Shown: in pieces, positions 27,264-36,780 of the stretch
Layout of the letters: every line of letters begins with the position of its first letter
Numbering within the stretch: position 1 is the first letter of the stretch
IMG/VR virus record: IMGVR_UViG_3300025765_000001
DNA from: a virus
Taxonomy: Duplodnaviria; Heunggongvirae; Uroviricota; Caudoviricetes
Direction: 5' to 3' (one strand)
Length of the DNA: 64,000 nucleotides
Notes under the pieces: model-generated
The model's database searches: none
The model's input: only the letters and a program-made list of their open reading frames with translations
What the model was told of the DNA's origin: nothing
Program-made: the position numbers and the translations under genes

Positions 27264-27825
27264 CTGCACATGTGCGGGGTTAGCCATGAGCTTCCTGCGA
27301 GGCCCCGTTAGTTTCGATCACGGCTTTCTCCTGCTTTCTTAAACCCGCCAAAATCGGCGAGCCTAAATAGATGGTCTTTCAACCATCAAAAAGTAATTAA
27401 ACTTCACTCCCTACGAGCAGTTCTTGTAGGAAGATTTCGCCCAAGAGATTTTCACCCTTGTATCGAATAGTGCCAGCAAACTCTTTGAGGTCTGCCAGTC
27501 TAACCCGGCTGGAAAACAAAACAATTGTCAAAATCTTTGGGAATGGTTGAATTACTTGAAAAATTATGTAGATGTTTATATTCGATTAAACGAGGCAAAG
27601 TGATCCGAGTCATACATGGCGAAATATGGAACGAAGATTTCACGCAACTGAACGATCTAATCAGAGATTTCCAGTCTTCAAACACTGTTTGCCTCTGATG
27701 TTCTGGTAACTGGCTCAGAATTTCTAATTCTTGTGGCAATGCTAAATTTGTCCAATCTTCGTTCAATCAGACTGTTGTGTACAATTCGGTATTTCTCCTG
27801 AATTTCCTTCGCTTTCAGTAACATC

Positions 27826-27868
27826 TTTCACCAATTCATTTCACCAATTCATTCTTAACATTGGTGAA
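27826..27868. repeat. iteron-like repeats: TTCACCAATTCATT x2 direct plus inverted ATTGGTGAA
   Basis: Seen directly, inside a ~0.9 kb AT-rich stretch (27300-28150) with little coding potential. Confidence 0.5.
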
Positions 27869-28167
27869 CCAACGCATAAAGTCGTCCTTGTCTGGTAGTT
27901 CCTCGAAAGGTTCGTCAAACACTATCTTCTCTCCGTTGAGAATGGCGTATTCTTTAGTCAGTTCGCTCACTTCTACCTCTAGTAGTCATAATCGCTCCAT
28001 TCTTGAAAAACTTTACCTGATTTTGGTGGATTTTCTTGGATTTAGGCAAGTTTATGGGAAACTGCTAAACCTCGTGCAAGGTCCAAGTGTCTAGCCTCTG
28101 AAACCCGCCCAGGTCGGTTACTACGCTAATTCCAAAGGGCCAGCGTGCTTAGGCGAAAAAGGCATAG

Positions 28168-28551
28168 GTTGTTTGTCGGTTAGAAAAAGACGCTTCGGAG
28201 TTCTATAGGAAGGGAAAGTGGCTTCAATCTCGATGTAAAACTTGCAAAAGGAAGGCGAATCACCTTCATTACATCGAGAATAAAGACTGCTATCTTGCCA
28301 AGAACGCCGAGTTCAAAGCCAAGAGGATAGTTGCACTAGGTAGAATCAAGGAAGAACAAGGTTGCCGTCTATGTCCAGAAAAGATGGCGTGCAGTGTGGA
28401 CTTCCACCATCTAGAAAGCGAAGAGAAGGAGTTTGGCATAGCCAACGGCTACACGCTTTCGTGGAAGAAGATTCTTGCAGAGATTGACAAGTATGTTGTT
28501 CTTTGTAAGAATTGTCATGCGAAGGTACATGCTGGTTTGTTGTGGGTTTAG
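28168..28551 (+). CDS. HNH homing endonuclease (no ATG start; terminates inside the next tRNA)
   Basis: 'CRLCPEK...DFHHLESEEKEFGIANGY...VVLCKNCHAKVHAG' HNH motif. Its TAG stop at 28549 lies within tRNA-Gly(CCC). Confidence 0.5.
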   Translation, partial: VVCRLEKDASEFYRKGKWLQSRCKTCKRKANHLHYIENKDCYLAKNAEFKAKRIVALGRIKEEQGCRLCPEKMACSVDFHHLESEEKEFGIANGYTLSWKKILAEIDKYVVLCKNCHAKVHAGLLWV

Positions 28552-28612
28552 TTCAATGGTAGAACGGAACATTCCCAATGTTCAGGTACGGGTTCGATTC
28601 CCGTATCCCGCT
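28542..28612 (+). tRNA. tRNA-Gly (CCC)
   Basis: Acceptor GTGGGTT / ATCCCGC (one mismatch). D-arm GTTC AATGGTA GAAC. Anticodon arm GAACA TTCCCAA TGTTC. T-arm ACGGG TTCGATT CCCGT. Confidence 0.6.
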
Positions 28613-29190
28613 TTTGGGGCGGCTCCCTTGCAAGGTGAAATTGCGAAACTGGTCAGGCCGGAAGGTGTAGCCATAAACAGCGTGCCAATGATGATTGTTG
28701 GGGGTCTGCTAATAGTCGAGGAGATGATCCGAGACTATTGCCCAACGCAGCCTGCCTCTTTGGTTACAAAGATCGGGCTGGTAGCTGTCTTTGTTGGCAT
28801 GTGTTTGTTTTGATAGACCTCTAACCAACAAGGTGATTAAGATGTTGTGCTGACATGAAAGACTTGGCCCACACGAGGCCAGACCAAGGCAGAATCACAG
28901 TCAATCTATATGACCCGATTATGTTGAGAGCGATTGATAAGACGTTGAAAGCAGCCGGTTTTAACTCCTACGTCTTTTCCAAAACGGCTGTAGTCGTAAA
29001 CATACCCAGGCCGACTTCGGAAGACAGAGACCAAGTTGTAGCTCACGTCAAAAAGTTGACAGAAGAACAACCGTCTTTAGAAGAAGTACGGTGTGGACCC
29101 CAAGACCAAGGCGACGTGGCACTGCGTTCGTAAGGAGTCCGCCAACGGTAAGGAAATCATGAAACTCACCAAGAAGTACAGTTTGGCCGC

Positions 29191-30012
29191 ATGAATAAAC
29201 TCACTCTACAAGAAAAGCTCGCCATACGAGGCATGATCCAACAACGTCAAATCCCTGAAGAGGGGTGGGTGTTATTGGAGCGTTTGTTCGAGGAGAACAA
29301 CGCCAACATTAGGCGTGCTACCGATCCTAGCTTGGAAACTGGAGGAAGTAGTTGCTCATCCGCCGCCGAAGTTCAAATATCCAACATGAGTTACGAAAAC
29401 TTCCGGGCAACGATTTTTGTTCTCGGCCACGGAGGAGTACCCAAGGTAGCCGATTTACCATATCTGGAGCCTGTGAATCTAGATGATCTGAATCTAGACA
29501 ATCGATTGGCCGAGTCTCGCATATTTCTGTCCAACCTCCCAGATCAAGTTACGACAGACTATATCGGCTTCGCTACCTATCGTTGGAACGAAAAGTTCCC
29601 AAAACTGCGACCTATCCTGCCTCTAGAAAAGTTGTGGAAATTGCCCCTTGCCAAGAATGTGGTTTGGGCACCAGTTCTTGCCGAAGGTTGGGTAGCTCTT
29701 TCTGAGTCATACCACCCAGGCATGACGAAGTATTTAGAAGAGGCGGCTAGTTACTCTAATATGTCGCTGACTCAAGGCCACGGCATGTGGTGTAACAATT
29801 TCATTTGCCACAAGTCGGTGTATAAAGAGTTCCAGCAGTTCTTCAGGCACATGTTTGACTTTTTCTTCGAGAAGTATGGTTACTCGATGGACTTTGGGGA
29901 TATAGATGAGAAAAGACGAGTGGCTTACTTCTACGAACGAATGGCAATTTTATTCTTCTCGAATCGAACCGACCTGGAGATTCGTGCTATCCCAGCTAGG
30001 ATCAAGAAATGA
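29191..30012 (+). CDS. hypothetical protein
   Basis: 273-aa ORF. Confidence 0.5.
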   Translation: MNKLTLQEKLAIRGMIQQRQIPEEGWVLLERLFEENNANIRRATDPSLETGGSSCSSAAEVQISNMSYENFRATIFVLGHGGVPKVADLPYLEPVNLDDLNLDNRLAESRIFLSNLPDQVTTDYIGFATYRWNEKFPKLRPILPLEKLWKLPLAKNVVWAPVLAEGWVALSESYHPGMTKYLEEAASYSNMSLTQGHGMWCNNFICHKSVYKEFQQFFRHMFDFFFEKYGYSMDFGDIDEKRRVAYFYERMAILFFSNRTDLEIRAIPARIKK

Positions 30013-30329
30013 GTAACGAATGTCCGTCCGTGTATCTACAAGAGAAGTGTGCAACACTCTCCGCTGTTTTGGATTTCTTCATGCAAGGCATGCCGCACTA
30101 CTCGATCAACGAAAAGAAGTTGACCTTCTTCGCACAGATTGATTTCTGGGAGTGGGAACTGGAGACTGTGCCGTGGGTCGATCTCAACCGGCTCATCGAT
30201 AAGTGGAACGCACTGTTGGAAGGCTGCGAAAAGAAGCTCCTCGATAACAGCATCAATCCAGATTGTGGTGCGGACGTACAGCCGGATTTGTCCAAGTACA
30301 AGAAGAAGCGGAAGATCGTTTCCGCTTGA
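30009..30329 (+). CDS. hypothetical protein
   Basis: Start overlaps the upstream stop by 4 nt. Confidence 0.45.
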   Translation: MSNECPSVYLQEKCATLSAVLDFFMQGMPHYSINEKKLTFFAQIDFWEWELETVPWVDLNRLIDKWNALLEGCEKKLLDNSINPDCGADVQPDLSKYKKKRKIVSA

Positions 30330-30397
30330 CAGTGCAACTTTCGGATATACAATGTGCGTCAGGCATCAACGCATAACTCGTATCCTGGGAGGAAAGC

Positions 30398-30922
30398 ATG
30401 TCAACAACCACGAAAGCCAAGGTAAAGTCTGAATGGGCCGATAAGCCCTCGACCATCAAACATCTGGTCGCATTCACGCCCAGCAAAGAAGCTCGAATCG
30501 TCATCAAGTTCGGCAGCAGCAACATCGACAGCAAGGTGAGGATTGGCGGCGTCGGTGGCGATCCTCGTTTTGGTCGCTATCGTGGTTTCGGCAGCGGCTA
30601 CATGGCAGGCCGTCACAACGTCCGTTACGATACCAGGGTTGTCAAGCGGAATGGCAGGCCGATGACCATCCCGCTCCAGGTGAAGACCACGTTCATCGAA
30701 TGCACGATTGGCGAGAAGACCATCAAAGCCAGGAGTTGCTGCAAGCCGCCCGATTTCTGGTCCACGAAGACTGGCATCTACTACGCAGTCCGGCACCTGT
30801 TCCGCATCGATTCCAAGGCCGACAAACCGATCCTCTCCAAGAAGGACCGGGCAACGCTGATGCAAGCTCTCTGCCCTTGGCTCTTCAACAAGGCCAAAAA
30901 GAAGAAAACAGCAATCGAGTAA
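30398..30922 (+). CDS. hypothetical protein
   Basis: 174-aa ORF followed by a terminator. Confidence 0.5.
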   Translation: MSTTTKAKVKSEWADKPSTIKHLVAFTPSKEARIVIKFGSSNIDSKVRIGGVGGDPRFGRYRGFGSGYMAGRHNVRYDTRVVKRNGRPMTIPLQVKTTFIECTIGEKTIKARSCCKPPDFWSTKTGIYYAVRHLFRIDSKADKPILSKKDRATLMQALCPWLFNKAKKKKTAIE

Positions 30923-30944
30923 TTCCGACCCTAGCCTTGGAAGC

Positions 30945-30977
30945 GACACGCCCGGCGAAAGCCGGGCGTGTTCGTTT
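30945..30977 (+). terminator. rho-independent terminator
   Basis: Stem GACACGCCCGGC / GCCGGGCGTG with GAAA loop, followed by TTCGTTT. Confidence 0.7.
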
Positions 30978-31051
30978 ATATTGACAGTTTTTGCTTTTCA
31001 TGGCAGACTATTTCCGTTCTTGAAACTGAAACAATGTAGGAGGAGTCTAGA

Positions 31052-32965
31052 ATGGAAAATCTAATTCTTATCCTGATCCTGGCTGGGAGCGTGGTCTTTG
31101 GTTTCTTGGTTCTGGCGTGGCTGATCACGAGATACGTTCCCAACACCAAAGAGGCCATTGTCGAGAAACTATGGTCTGGCAAAGGTTCGCTGAGCGAGGG
31201 CTATATCATCGCTCTCAACGGCGAGGCTGGTTACCAAGCCGACGTTCTGCGAGGCGGTATCCACTTCGGATACTGGCGATGGCAGTATGGTCTACACAAG
31301 ACCAAACTCATCGAGATTCGTCAGGGTAAACTCGGTTACGTCTTCTCCAGAGTCGGCGACCCGCTACCGCCTAGCCAAACTCTGGGCAAGATCGTGGAGT
31401 GCGATCATTTCCAAGACGTGAAGAAGTTTCTAGATGGCGGCGGTCAGAAAGGTCGGCAGCGTGCCATTCTTCGTGAAGGCGTTTACGCTATCAACCTTGC
31501 CGCTTTCTCCGTCATCACCGAGGATCATGTTTACTCGCTGGATCACGACAAGAGCCTGACAGAGTATCACGATCAACTCAAAACCACCAAGGGCTTTGAT
31601 CCGGTGGTCATCGGCAGTTCGACCGGCCAAGATAACATTGGCATCGTGACTACACATGATGGTCCGTCGCTGAAGCCGGGCGAGATCATTGCTCCCGCTG
31701 TTGCGACGGAAGCCAACGACCCGAATTTCCACAACAACTACCAGGACATCGAAGCCTTCTTGCGGGCCGGTGGTCAGCGTGGCTTGCAATACGCTCCGTT
31801 GCTAGACGGCACGTACTTCCTGAATCACTGGTTTGCCACGATGAAGCTGGTGCCCAAGGAGGTTGTAGACATTGGCTACGTCGGCGTAGTTGTGAGCTAC
31901 TACGGCAAGGAAGGTGCCGACACGTCCGGCACTACGTTCCGTCACGGCGAACGTGTACATGTTGGCGAGCGTGGCGTCTGGGAGAAAACGCTTGGCCCCG
32001 GCAAATATCCTTTCAACAACTTCGCTGGCAAGATCATCATGGTGCCGACGACCAACTTTGTCTTGCACTGGATCACCGGCAAAACCGAAGGGCACAAGTA
32101 CGACGAGAGCTTGCGGTCCATCGACCTTATCACGAAAGACGCCTACGAGCCGATCCTGCCACTTTCGGTCGTCGTACACATCGACTACCAGAAGGCTCCC
32201 AGCGTGATCCAGCGGTTCGGCGATGTGAAGAAGCTCATCACTCAAACCATCGACCCGATGCTGAGTGCCTACTTCCGTGACGTGGCTCACAAGAAGACCA
32301 TGCTGGAACTCGTTCACAGCCGTGATGAAATCCAGAAGCAGGCTCGCAAGGAGCTACAAGAGAAGTTCAAGCAATTCGATATCGAATGTGTTGACGTTCT
32401 GATCGGACGCCCAGAGTCCCAGGACAACGACCAGAAGATCGAAACCCTGTTAGAACAGTTGCGAACCCGGCAGCTTTCGCTCGAACAGATCGAAACCTAC
32501 AACAAGCAAGAGCAGGCTGCGGCCAAGCTCCAAACGCTGAACGAAGCCAACGCAAAGGCCGAGTTGCAAAAGGAGCTAACTTCCTCGAAGGTCAAGATCG
32601 AGATCGCTGGCAACGAAGGTTCCGCCGATCTAGAATTGGCCAAGAAGGAGGCCGAGAAGGTCAAGGTTCTCGCAGCCGCCGAAGCCGAGAAGATCACCAG
32701 CATCGGTACTTCCGAGGCCGATGTCTTGCAGAAAAAGGTCAAATCGTTCGGCGATTCCAGACTCTATGCGATGTCAGTGCTGGCTCAGTACGTCACGCAG
32801 AGCAAGCAGCCCATCGTCCCGACCAACCTGTTCACAACGGGCGGCGGGAAGCAGAATGGCGGCGTGCTTGATCTACTACTGTCACTGATAGCGGTGGAAC
32901 AAGTCAAGAAGCTGTCCAGCGACGGCCAATACGTTGAAGACAATGGGGCCTTAGCAGAGAAGTAG
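31052..32965 (+). CDS. SPFH/band-7 (flotillin/YqiK-like) membrane protein
   Basis: N-terminal TM helix, central SPFH-like region, C-terminal coiled coil with Ala/Glu-rich EA repeats ('AAAEAEKI...'). Confidence 0.55.
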   Translation: MENLILILILAGSVVFGFLVLAWLITRYVPNTKEAIVEKLWSGKGSLSEGYIIALNGEAGYQADVLRGGIHFGYWRWQYGLHKTKLIEIRQGKLGYVFSRVGDPLPPSQTLGKIVECDHFQDVKKFLDGGGQKGRQRAILREGVYAINLAAFSVITEDHVYSLDHDKSLTEYHDQLKTTKGFDPVVIGSSTGQDNIGIVTTHDGPSLKPGEIIAPAVATEANDPNFHNNYQDIEAFLRAGGQRGLQYAPLLDGTYFLNHWFATMKLVPKEVVDIGYVGVVVSYYGKEGADTSGTTFRHGERVHVGERGVWEKTLGPGKYPFNNFAGKIIMVPTTNFVLHWITGKTEGHKYDESLRSIDLITKDAYEPILPLSVVVHIDYQKAPSVIQRFGDVKKLITQTIDPMLSAYFRDVAHKKTMLELVHSRDEIQKQARKELQEKFKQFDIECVDVLIGRPESQDNDQKIETLLEQLRTRQLSLEQIETYNKQEQAAAKLQTLNEANAKAELQKELTSSKVKIEIAGNEGSADLELAKKEAEKVKVLAAAEAEKITSIGTSEADVLQKKVKSFGDSRLYAMSVLAQYVTQSKQPIVPTNLFTTGGGKQNGGVLDLLLSLIAVEQVKKLSSDGQYVEDNGALAEK

Positions 32966-32975
32966 GCCAAAGAGA

Positions 32976-33007
32976 ACGGCCCGCCGAAAGGCGGGCCGTT
33001 CTTGTTT
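32976..33007 (+). terminator. rho-independent terminator
   Basis: Stem AACGGCCCGCC / GGCGGGCCGTT with GAAA loop, followed by CTTGTTT. Confidence 0.7.
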
Positions 33008-33233
33008 ATAGAGGTATCTTTCCTCGAATCATATCCCAAAGTATTCTCCAGTCGGAGAGCTTGGCTAGTAGCGGGTTTCGGAATGCTGCCGGTTTGTTGT
33101 GTTCAAATAGAAAGTGTCCGGTCCATGCGAATGGGTAGACGACGAATGGCAGTAGAACTAGCAGAAGCAAGAACCAGCCGCCCAACCAGATAACGAGTCC
33201 CAGGAAAGCTAGGGTCGTCAATTGGCCCAGCAC
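33006..33233 (-). CDS. small membrane protein, DUF962-like (weak)
   Basis: 'HFLFEHNKPAAF' resembles the DUF962/Mpo1 motif. Two TM helices. Confidence 0.35.
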   Translation of the reverse strand: MLGQLTTLAFLGLVIWLGGWFLLLLVLLPFVVYPFAWTGHFLFEHNKPAAFRNPLLAKLSDWRILWDMIRGKIPL

Positions 33234-33298
33234 ATGTAGTCTTCTGCACTATTTGTTCTGATGTAGAGACAGGTAGTGTTGGTAGTATTCGTCAAAGG

Positions 33299-33508
33299 TC
33301 ACTTGTTGTTGGCCTTTCTTACGCAGTGATCGCAACCCTGGGTCATGCACTTGCATTCCGGACCACAATCACACTGACGTGCGGACGGCGGCAGGCACTT
33401 ACCACCCTCGCCCGAACATGGGGCACAGTGGTAACACTTCGGCCTGCCGGTGCAGCCGGTCACGGCCAGGGCAGCACCGATCAAAAAAACAGCAATTAGA
33501 CTTTTCAT
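33299..33508 (-). CDS. cysteine-rich putative lipoprotein
   Basis: Signal peptide with lipobox 'AVTGC'. 14 Cys in 45 residues. Confidence 0.45.
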   Translation of the reverse strand: MKSLIAVFLIGAALAVTGCTGRPKCYHCAPCSGEGGKCLPPSARQCDCGPECKCMTQGCDHCVRKANNK

Positions 33509-33831
33509 ATTATGTTTCCAATTCTAGGTACAGTAGGTCCAAACTTGATTTCTATGTAGGTAGCTCCTCGTTTGACTACGTTCACGAGGGCGTAGGCAAC
33601 TAGATCACCAGCTTTGGCTTTGACCTGGGCGGACCCAGCACGTCGGGCCTCGATGTCGCATTCGATGCCTTGGTCGCTCAAAGGAACGAGATCGACAATT
33701 CCTTCCGGTTCAGAAGACCACCGTACCGGCAAGTCCCGCTCTCTGATTTCGGTTACGAGGTTTCCCAGGATTGCCAGGAGCGAAGCCGTGGTCTTCTCGT
33801 TTGTTTGGAGCGTGATTACCGGGATGCTCAT
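33505..33831 (-). CDS. hypothetical protein
   Basis: 108-aa ORF, coupled to its neighbours. Confidence 0.45.
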   Translation of the reverse strand: MSIPVITLQTNEKTTASLLAILGNLVTEIRERDLPVRWSSEPEGIVDLVPLSDQGIECDIEARRAGSAQVKAKAGDLVAYALVNVVKRGATYIEIKFGPTVPRIGNII

Positions 33832-34112
33832 TTATTCTCTTCTTCCTTTGCCACTGGCTCAGCAGGTGGTTCTTCTTGGGGTTTGGCCCAGGGTGCCGTC
33901 TTCAGTTTGTCCTTCTTCGGGAATAGCCATTTCAGGAAGGCGGACTCGTCCATCTTCTTGTCTTCAGTCAGAAATTGCTTGAATGATCGCATGATTTCCT
34001 CTTTCTGTTGCTCCAGGTATTTATGTCCCAACAGGCGGTTTCCGACGTGTTTCCGGGCCGGAAAAAATTTTGAAAAAGTGCGAATCTTGGGGCGGGCATA
34101 CTCGTCTATCAT
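33828..34112 (-). CDS. hypothetical protein
   Basis: 94-aa ORF. Confidence 0.45.
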   Translation of the reverse strand: MIDEYARPKIRTFSKFFPARKHVGNRLLGHKYLEQQKEEIMRSFKQFLTEDKKMDESAFLKWLFPKKDKLKTAPWAKPQEEPPAEPVAKEEENK

Positions 34113-34470
34113 GCAGGTGGCAGAGATTCTCGAAAAAAAATCTCAGTCGGACTTGACCAGAATCGTGGGTTGGAGTATAAATACACTTACGAGACACGAG
34201 TTCTCGACCGGGGGCGTGTGCCCCACAAGGAGACTAACGGTTATGTTGACGTGCAGGTTTACCTTTGTAGAACGCACAGCCGGAACCACGGAAGCCGTGG
34301 CCCCGGCAGCGGTGCGTCCAGAGGGTATGTCCGCCGTCGATACCACCGTCTAGTTTCCTGAACCGTCGCATCGGTTCAGGGAAGCCTGAACCGGATGAGA
34401 CGTAGTAAATAGACTCGTCAAACCCGTTTAGGCAGCCAAAAGCAGCTTGAACGGGTTTTTCGTTTTGCGA

Positions 34471-34541
34471 CCCGACATCGTTCAATGGTAGGACAGGGGT
34501 TTCATACGCCCACAACAGTGGTTCGATTCCACTTGTCGGGA
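34471..34541 (+). tRNA. tRNA-Met/Ile2 (CAT), elongator type
   Basis: Acceptor CCCGACA / TGTCGGG. D-arm GTTC AATGGTA GGAC. Loop TTCATAC. T-arm AGTGG TTCGATT CCACT. Confidence 0.5.
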
Positions 34542-34582
34542 TTTTTGAACACTGGCTACTCTCATAAGTCACAAGGAGACTT

Positions 34583-34939
34583 ATGATGTATAGCCACAAA
34601 GAGTATATCAGAGAGAGGTATCGCAACGACCCAGAGTACAAGAAGAAACAGATAGAATTGGTCGAACGTCGCAAGCGTGAGTTGCGTCAGTGGTTTCTAA
34701 AATTGAAATCAACTCTGTCCTGCGAGAAGTGCGGTGAGGATCATGTAGCTTGTTTGGATTTTTACCACACTGATCCTAAGATCAAAGAATCGGCTCTGGG
34801 CGAGTGTTGGAGGAGAGGTTGGTCGAAGGAGCGAGTGTTAGCAGAGATAGCGAAGTGTAAAGTTCTTTGTTCTAATTGTCACCGAAAGGAACATTGGGAT
34901 GAGGAACAAAAGAAGTGGATGTTTCGGGAAGTGGGCTAA
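34583..34939 (+). CDS. HNH homing endonuclease
   Basis: 'CEKCGEDHVACLDFYHTDPKIK...CKVLCSNCHRKEHW'. Confidence 0.65.
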   Translation: MMYSHKEYIRERYRNDPEYKKKQIELVERRKRELRQWFLKLKSTLSCEKCGEDHVACLDFYHTDPKIKESALGECWRRGWSKERVLAEIAKCKVLCSNCHRKEHWDEEQKKWMFREVG

Positions 34940-34949
34940 AGGCTAGCCG

Positions 34950-35000
34950 CCTGATTTGGGGCCAGGACATCAAGTGGGTTCGATTCCCCTTCCCGACTGA
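34950..35000 (+). ncRNA. 3' tRNA fragment (T-arm + acceptor 3' strand) duplicating the end of the tRNA at 34471-34541
   Basis: GTGGGTTCGATTCCCCT TCCCGAC sits immediately after the HNH gene. Confidence 0.35.
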
Positions 35001-35107
35001 CAGATAGAGAGCTTCTAGCTTTCTAGCGATCTTTGACAATTTGGTTGAAACGTCAAATGCCCTTCGTCACCATCGAGGGCATGGTAGCGATATCATGTCC
35101 TCGTTTT

Positions 35108-35180
35108 GCGGGTGTAGCTTAATGGCTAAAGCACGACGTTGCCAACGTCGGGACTACGGGTTCGAGTCCCGTCACCCGCT
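35108..35180 (+). tRNA. tRNA-Gly (GCC)
   Basis: Acceptor GCGGGTG / CACCCGC. Anticodon arm CGACG TTGCCAA CGTCG. T-arm ACGGG TTCGAGT CCCGT. Confidence 0.65.
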
Positions 35181-35184
35181 CTGT

Positions 35185-35255
35185 GCGTCCTTGGTCTAGT
35201 GGTATGATGCTAGCTTACCATGCTGGAGGCACCGGTTCGATTCTGGTAGGACGCT
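35185..35255 (+). tRNA. tRNA with Glu/Gln-type D-arm and anticodon loop TTACCAT (anticodon ACC, A34)
   Basis: Acceptor GCGTCCT / AGGACGC. D-arm GTC TAGTGGTAT GAT. Anticodon arm CTAGC TTACCAT GCTGG. T-arm ACCGG TTCGATT CTGGT. Confidence 0.4.
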
Positions 35256-35469
35256 CTCGCCACTATGGTGTAGTTGCGAAAGGGGTAGGCGTTTCTGAAG
35301 ACTACAGGATGATGCTTGTGAAAGCCTGAGTAAACTGGATAGTAACATCGCAAAAGGCTCTAAAAATCGTGAACTGGGAGAATGGTCCGGACAGGCTTGA
35401 AAGGGAACGATGGTAAGTACCAGTCATCGGAATGTAGCTAGTAGGTTTCGCCGAGTCCGAGTAGTAGGG

Positions 35470-35530
35470 AACACGCCGCTAAGCATTTTGCGATTCGGAA
35501 GCGGAATCATGGGTTCGAGTCCCATTGGTG
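35470..35530 (+). ncRNA. 59-nt mini tRNA-like element (acceptor + T-arm + one central hairpin, no D-arm)
   Basis: GCCGCTA...TGGTGGC acceptor. T-arm ATGGG TTCGAGT CCCAT. Central GATTC GGAAGCG GAATC. Confidence 0.25.
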
Positions 35531-35543
35531 GCTCTTTTATTCT

Positions 35544-35616
35544 GGTGCTGTGGTGTAACGGTCTAGCATAACACTCTGTCGAAGTGTTGGAGCGGGTTCA
35601 ACTCCCGTCAGCACCG
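35544..35616 (+). tRNA. tRNA-Asp (GTC)
   Basis: Acceptor GGTGCTG / CAGCACC. Anticodon arm ACACT CTGTCGA AGTGT. T-arm GCGGG TTCAACT CCCGT. Confidence 0.65.
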
Positions 35617-35639
35617 CTTGTTCCAGGGACGCCTGGGGC

Positions 35640-35745
35640 AAACTGGCTAGGAGGATCGACGGATTCTCTGAAATCGTTCGTATAGCCCGGTTAGTATGCC
35701 GGGGCGAAAGCCCGGAGGCGTGGGTTCAAATCCCACACGTAAGCC
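35640..35745 (+). ncRNA. ~105-nt tRNA-like RNA with long internal helices and 8-nt 'anticodon' loop
   Basis: T-arm GTGGG TTCAAAT CCCAC. Internal CCCGG TTAGTATG CCGGG and CCGGGG CGAAAG CCCGG hairpins. Acceptor-like pairing TGGCTAG / TAAGCCA. Confidence 0.3.
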
Positions 35746-35826
35746 AGCTTTACAAGGAGACCATCATGCGTAGTCAAAGGAATGGTAGCGTCTTCTAGAG
35801 CAATTACGCTCTAGGAGAAATGCTAC

Positions 35827-36183
35827 ATGGCAAAGAAGAAGTGGTACTACGGCTGCCTGCGAAATCCTCGCACAACGCAGGAACGCAGAGCGAACCAAGA
35901 ACGCAATAATCCTCTCATTAGAGGAAGGCGAAGGAAGCTTCCCAACGCCTGGGATGACATTCCTCGCAGTAGCGATCAGAAGTCTTGGAAGGTTCTTGGT
36001 CGCAAGCATCAGTATCGTGACGAGAAGAAAGGGTACTCGTTGCACGAGTTCACTTATTCGTGGTGTGATGTCGAGAGCAGGATGATCACTCGAAACATCA
36101 TGCGACACCTGGATCAGATCGGGTGCTGGTATGAGTATGCTTTTGAAGGCATCAAGTGGTTCGGCCCTGCCGACTCTTGGTAG
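35827..36183 (+). CDS. hypothetical basic protein
   Basis: 118-aa ORF. Confidence 0.4.
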   Translation: MAKKKWYYGCLRNPRTTQERRANQERNNPLIRGRRRKLPNAWDDIPRSSDQKSWKVLGRKHQYRDEKKGYSLHEFTYSWCDVESRMITRNIMRHLDQIGCWYEYAFEGIKWFGPADSW

Positions 36184-36208
36184 GAAACGGCCCCTTCGGG
36201 GGCCACAT

Positions 36209-36282
36209 GGCCCTATGGTGTAGTGGTTTCTGCATGTCTGGTTGTCAACCAGCAGGTCGGGGTTCGATTCCCCGTAGGGCCG
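36209..36282 (+). tRNA. tRNA-Asp (GTC), second copy
   Basis: Acceptor GGCCCTA / TAGGGCC. Anticodon region CTGG TTGTCAA CCAG. T-arm CGGGG TTCGATT CCCCG. Confidence 0.5.
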
Positions 36283-36287
36283 CTTTT

Positions 36288-36358
36288 GCCGGTATGTTGT
36301 AGTGGTAGCGAGTCTGCCTTGTAAGCAGAAAGCGAGGGTTCGATTCCTTCTACCGGCT
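36288..36358 (+). tRNA. tRNA-Thr (TGT)
   Basis: Acceptor GCCGGTA / TACCGGC. Anticodon arm TCTGC CTTGTAA GCAGA. T-arm GAGGG TTCGATT CCTTC. Confidence 0.65.
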
Positions 36359-36370
36359 TTGAAGGGATAT

Positions 36371-36447
36371 GCGGCTATAGTGTTTAACGGTCTCAGTACG
36401 ACTGGCTTCCAACCAGTTAGTGGCAGGTTCAAATCTCCCTAGCTGCT
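36371..36447 (+). tRNA. tRNA-Gly (TCC)-like, weak T-stem
   Basis: Acceptor GCGGCTA / TAGCTGC. Anticodon arm ACTGG CTTCCAA CCAGT. Confidence 0.35.
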
Positions 36448-36517
36448 CTTGAATGCAAGCACTTTCCCTGGTCGTATATTTCAGGAGTATCAAGGACTCC
36501 TATATACGACCAATTAT

Positions 36518-36589
36518 GGCTCCATCGTCTAGTGGTCAGGATAACAGACTTTCAATCTGTAGACCGGAGTTCGACTCTCTGTGGAGCTA
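36518..36589 (+). tRNA. tRNA-Glu (TTC)
   Basis: Acceptor GGCTCCA / TGGAGCT. D-arm GTC TAGTGGTCAGGAT. Anticodon arm ACAGA CTTTCAA TCTGT. T-arm CGGAG TTCGACT CTCTG. Confidence 0.65.
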
Positions 36590-36591
36590 CT

Positions 36592-36780
36592 ATGAAACTC
36601 GACAAGGACTTGCAGGCGAGATGGGATGAGTTGTTCGAGCAATGCCCCATACTCACTTTCAAAGAATGGTATAGTGGTGTACCCACGAGGAGGTACATGC
36701 TGGAACGTGAACAACAGAAGTTGATAGAAGAGCAAGAAAAACGGGACCGCCTTGCAAACAAGAATAATGTTTGCAATTCT
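36592..36780 (+). CDS. small hypothetical protein
   Basis: Begins 3 nt after the tRNA-Glu. 3' end approximate. Confidence 0.3.
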
